Below, in pieces: positions 48,066-52,458 of a DNA stretch of 52,458 bases. The translations under genes were made by a program, and so were the position numbers. Numbering within the stretch: the stretch's first letter is position 1; every line of letters starts with the position of its first letter. The stretch covers positions 32,126,740 through 32,179,197 of the forward strand of contig NC_068998.1 of assembly GCF_001194135.2 (NCBI RefSeq), written 5' to 3'. Under the pieces are notes generated by a model that was not told the origin of the DNA, ran no database searches, and saw nothing but the letters and a program-made list of their open reading frames with translations. This DNA comes from Octopus bimaculoides. Its lineage: Eukaryota.

Positions 48066-49179
48066 AATATTCTTTCTTTTATAAAATTTACTAAAAAAAA
48101 TGTTGTTCATCATAAATCTAATAAATACAACAATTTATCTATTTCATATTTTATTGATTATTATTTTTATCAAAATGAGTCTTTATTTATCAAAATCAGA
48201 ATTCCAAACATCTTGTGAATATAATAATTCAACTGAAAAAAAAATGTAGTAATAATGAAAGATTATGATCAATGGTTCCACTTCAGAAAATAATTCCATA
48301 TCATTTGAAAAAAGCAAGTAAAATAAATTCTCTGAACAATTCTTCACAATGGAAGACCCCCACCTCCTAGTAAATGTGATTTCTTAGGAATATTTATCAT
48401 TTCAAATATTAACAGTTATTTGAACAATTTGGTAATAATGGAATATTCTCTAAATTTAGTGTTATCTATTTTTCACATACAGATGGTATATGACTGAAAA
48501 ATATGCTGCTGATAACTTGGTTTAGTAACTTCTACCATGTCTTCCTAATAATTAGTGGAGAAGAAAATTTACATGTAGCAATTCTATTTGTGTGCAAAAA
48601 ATATAAATCAGTGAATGTTTTACTATTTTATGCCACATTTAGTTTTGTTTCTCTAAATCTGCTGCTATTGAAATAGATATAATTCAGGCTCAGGAACTTG
48701 TTGTATAATTGGCTTGCCTAATTGGGTTATTTAATGTATTTATTTACATTGTATGGCTGTAAATAGATACATGGGTAGGTAAAAAGTTTACTCTTGTAAG
48801 TAGTTGAAGTACTATATAGTTGGTGAGTCTAATTATTTTTTTCTTGCTAGCTTTTTTATACTCCAACCACTATTATGGTTTAGCTTGGAGAGGAATAAAC
48901 TTTCCTAGATTGATCCATGCTGAACACACGACATGAAAACAAGTTATTCAGTGGTTTCCCACCGGCCCATTATGTTATGAAACTAACCATTACTGTTGCT
49001 TGACTCAATTCCCTGAGGAGGAATGGGATAAAGGAATAGTTAGATGATTATAATACTGTATAATACTGGAAAAATTTGTATGCAGTAAATGGACCCAGTA
49101 TGAGACAGCAAGAATGATGTCATAAAAACTGCATCAGTGAATTTGAGCATCTTATTATCATAATCATTATTGTTATTGT

Positions 49180-49365
49180 CCAGAATTATTAGCATACTGG
49201 GCAAAAGGCTTAGTGGCATTTTATCTGTCTTTACATTCAAAGTTCAAATTCTACCGAGGTCAACTTAGCATTTCATCCATTTGGGGCTGATGGAATAAGT
49301 ACTAGTAAGTATTAGGGTTGATGTAATTGACTAGCTCCTTCCCCACAAATTCTAGGCATTGTGTT
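49180..49365 (+). mobile_element. SINE family B
   Basis: agttcaaattctaccgaggtcaacttagcatttcatccatttggggctgatggaataagtac core. Confidence 0.7.
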
Positions 49366-49369
49366 TACA

Positions 49370-49800
49370 GTAGAAATGATCCACATTGGTCAACATCTCA
49401 TTGACTTTATTAAGTTTCACTTGGAAAGGAAAGTGAAAGTGGAGAGGGGAGTGCTACTCCCCAGTGAACTTGTGGAAAGATGGGTGACTGTGGCAAAATT
49501 GGTTAGAGTGAATGGCCCTACTCTTGGTAAAGTGCTCATGCCTTTGGTGTTCAGGGTAATCCTGGATCTGTGTTGTTCCTTGCTTGGCCCTAGTTGGAGT
49601 TTCTCCTGTATCATTTATGTTATCAGATATTATGTATATACTATGTATACTTTATCGCATTTCATCATCTTTTCCACTTCTTTATCCCCGTCCTTTATGC
49701 AAATCCCCCTAAATTGTTGTCTGTCCTTGTGAGGTCTGCCTCATCTATGGCCTTGTGGCTAGTAAAAGAAATTATTATTATTATTATTATTATTATTATG
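49370..49800 (+). mobile_element. Probable Tx1/L1-clade LINE 3' end with (TAT)n tail
   Basis: GQHLIDFIKFHLERKVKVERGVLLPSELVERWVTVAKLVRVNG resembles, from memory, the Tx1 ORF2 C-terminus (F...L..R...E...F..RW), followed by a UTR and (tat)n at 49770-49800. Confidence 0.45.
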
Positions 49801-49984
49801 AGTTTTCTTTTTCCAATTTTGTGTCCATTTCTTGCAAGTGTCTTCCTGACACCTAAGGCAAAGAAACTCACTGTATACATTGAAAGACCATTAAATTAAA
49901 CACACCAGAGTGTTTATTTACAAAATGACGTTATATGCAAAAAAAAAAAAAAAAATTTAAAGTGGTGGTAATCATTCTCATAAC

Positions 49985-50520
49985 AACAATGCTCTTCTCA
50001 ATATGTGTGATGTACCAGTTAAAACAATATTTTGCACTTCTTGCATGGATGGTAAGTTAGGGATCATTCTCAAATAATTTTCAGTTACTTTTTCGGTCAT
50101 TCAAGGTGCTCCTACAATTATTGCCTTGAGGTGCCACGTTTTCCAATTGCAATGGGCAAATCTTTTTATTTTCCGACATTGTCAAATTCTTTTGCTGAGA
50201 TATTATGATCACAAGGAATACTCAGGTCAATCAATAGACAGACTTTATCATCTTAGTCTTTCACAACAATATCCAGTTTATTAGCTTTGATGGTTCTGTC
50301 TGTATGCACTGGAAAGTCCCAAAGAATTGTTACATTTTCTCCCTCAGTTACAGCTCAAATTGGTTCTTATACCACTTGTCAACAGTTTTGATTTTGTAAT
50401 GCCAACATATTAACCAGAGAAGATATTGGTCAACTCTGTCGTGTCTTGATTTATACTCTATAGGTACTAAAACTTTCCATCCATGGATTAGGTGACCCTC
50501 TGTTTCAATCTGCTTCTCTT
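49985..50520 (-). mobile_element. R4/Dong-like LINE 3' end with restriction-like endonuclease domain
   Basis: My translation: EYKSRHDRV...ENVTILWDFPVHTDRTIKANKLDIVVKD...CLLIDLSIPCDHNISAKEFD..GK.KDL...WHLKAIIVGA...VLTGTSHILRRAL, which gives the RHD...PD-(D/E)xK layout. Confidence 0.8.
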
Positions 50521-50554
50521 CCTCAACATCATTACAATCATCATCATCATCATT

Positions 50555-50720
50555 AAAGCAACAAGCTGGGCAAAATTCTCAGCAGTATCTCATCCATCTT
50601 CATGTTCTGAGTTAAAATTCTGCTGAGGTTGACTTTGCCTTTCATTCTTTTGAGGTCAATAGAATAAGTACCTGTTGGACACCGAGGTCATTATAATCAA
50701 CATTGTACCAAAATTTGAAA
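50555..50720 (+). mobile_element. SINE family B
   Basis: ctgagttaaaattctgctgaggttgactttgcctttcattcttttgaggtcaatagaataagtacc. Confidence 0.75.
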
Positions 50721-50725
50721 ATCCC

Positions 50726-50760
50726 CTTCTTCTTCTTCTTCTTCTTCTTCTTCTTCTTCT
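50726..50760. repeat. (CTT)n microsatellite
   Basis: Directly visible. Confidence 0.9.
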
Positions 50761-51379
50761 TGGATTCATTCATTTGTTCATCTAGTCATTTTACATTTCT
50801 CCCCTCATTCTAATGATTATTTTTCATTGAGGCATTATTTTACAGCCAGGTGTCATTCCTGTAGCTAATCCTTTCTTATTTTTCAAGTATGGAATTTTTT
50901 TTGTATTCCATGTAACCTTTGAAAGTACAAGGAATGTCTATATAACATTACTGTTTGTGCAAATGTGCAGAGTGTAAACATTGACACAAATACATTATGT
51001 GTACATACACACACACACACAAACACACACACATACACACAAACACACACACACACATTTACACATACTCTCCTTCTTTCTCTAGCTATCTATCTGTCAG
51101 TCTGTCTGTTTACCTATCTATATATTTATATATATATAAACATTATACACACACAAACTCTCATACACCCATGAATATGCATGCATTTGGGCATATGTAT
51201 ATGATTGGTCCACATTACTCTGTAAGGAGCACAAGACTGGTTTCCTGGTATATACTAGGTCATCCCATACATAATGCCATTTTTTTAATTGCTTGAGGGG
51301 GATGGGATAAACTACCTGCATAAACTTACTATAAAATCAGGTAGTAATTTTACCTTGTACTTTATCAGAGATAGTTTTA

Positions 51380-51785
51380 AAGAGTGCAGTTCGATTTTAA
51401 CAGTTATTTTTTCACAGCTATAATGAAAGTGACATATTTTGCTTTATGAGATCAATAAAGCAACAAAGCTATAAAAAGTGCAAAGAATGTTACTGCAGTA
51501 TATGGGGATCGGACAATTAGTGTAAGCCAGTGTCAACTGTGTTTCTAGAAATTCTGAGCCAGAAACTACAGCCTAGAAGACGAGCCTCATCCTGGAAGAT
51601 TTGTGGAGTGCAACAAGGACATCCTGCAAACCTTGGTGGAACAAAATCCCATTGTAACTGTGGAGGAACGAGCAGAGAAGCTTGGATTTGGTCATTCAAC
51701 CAGTCATTCAAGTCAGCACTAGAAGAAAAATGACCATTTTTGGTTTCAAGATAAAATGTGTTCTTCCATCAGGATAATGCAGAGT
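51380..51785 (+). mobile_element. Internally deleted mariner transposase remnant
   Basis: LLYEINKA...VYGDRTISVSQCQ...LEDEPHPGRFVECNKDILQTLVEQNPIVTVEERAEKLG (HTH) joins directly to KSALEEK*PFLVSR*NVFFHQDNA (second catalytic Asp region). Confidence 0.7.
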
Positions 51786-52110
51786 TTGACCACTTCCTGT
51801 ACCTACACCTTAGCACCTTCATGGTATCTGATGTAGCTTTTTAAACCAGACAATGTTCTGAAAAAACACCCACATAGATTACACATCCGATTTGGACCAA
51901 AAGAAAGGCATGATCTGTCACAAACTGTGCACACAAAAAAGTCACTGTCATTCATCTTTTCAATTGTAACATTCTTCCTTAGATCTTTTTTAGTCTTACA
52001 TGCATTATTCTGACCTCTTCAAATGCTTTCACTCCACTCCACATTTTTGTTCGCCATCCAAATTGATTCAAAGCAAAGGTTTCTATGTCCTCTGGATCCA
52101 TTCCAAGTGA
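51786..52110 (-). mobile_element. RTE LINE 3' fragment with C2H2 fingers (same family as 2360-3145)
   Basis: cagagtttgaccac...ttaaaccagacaatgttctgaaaaaacacccaca...ctgtgcacacaaaaa...ttcaaatgctttcactccactccac is collinear with 2385-3005. Confidence 0.85.
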
Positions 52111-52394
52111 CTTCATAGTGTATATATGTGTTTTCCCCTTATCAATGTAGAGCAGCTGAACCCAGTCTGTAGATGCCAGACCAGCAAGGGGAAGCGGCTG
52201 ACCTCCCCTGTTCGAAGGTTATAATGGACACAGGTTCATGTGTCACATAGCTAGCTAGAGGCGATGTCCTCTTGGAGCTAATCAACAGCAGCATTCGTCC
52301 TATTTTGGGACTGCCATTTTGTCTTGTCGATAACTATCAATATCCAGTACCGCTGCCATAGTCTCCTTTAGAGAGACTTAGAAATATTAATATC

Positions 52395-52396
52395 TA

Positions 52397-52458
<62 letters not shown>
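52395..52458. repeat. (CT)n(TA)n compound microsatellite
   Basis: Directly visible at the window end. Confidence 0.9.

Overview
This is AT-rich eukaryotic (animal) genomic DNA from a gapped draft scaffold with six N-runs. I can support no intact cellular gene, rRNA, true tRNA or CRISPR array. The window is a dense transposable-element (TE) landscape. From memory, the SINE families, (GAT)n-tailed RTE LINEs and TTAGGG repeats look octopus/cephalopod; this is recognition, not a database hit. Nearly all long ORFs in the track are decayed LINE or transposase fragments, microsatellites or N-runs. Non-LTR retrotransposons are RTE (two or more families, including a near full-length copy at 18.3-21.5 kb), CR1, R4/Dong-like (RT and restriction-like endonuclease pieces) and probably Tx1. 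There are three Tc1/mariner remnants, one full-length with TIRs, and many tRNA-derived SINEs. The most structured region is 5.5-10.9 kb, an old 37-bp tandem satellite carrying several insertions. One is a non-autonomous DNA transposon with perfect 37-bp TIRs (GG...CC ends) and an 8-bp TSD (Merlin-like) that carries a fold-back (CCCTAA)n/(TTAGGG)n telomeric array. Another is a nested SINE containing a long hairpin with a degenerate hammerhead-ribozyme-like core. One RTE family also has a PHD-type C4HC3 finger inside ORF2 and tandem stem-loop motifs in its 3' UTR. Coordinates of decayed elements are approximate unless a TSD or TIR is given.
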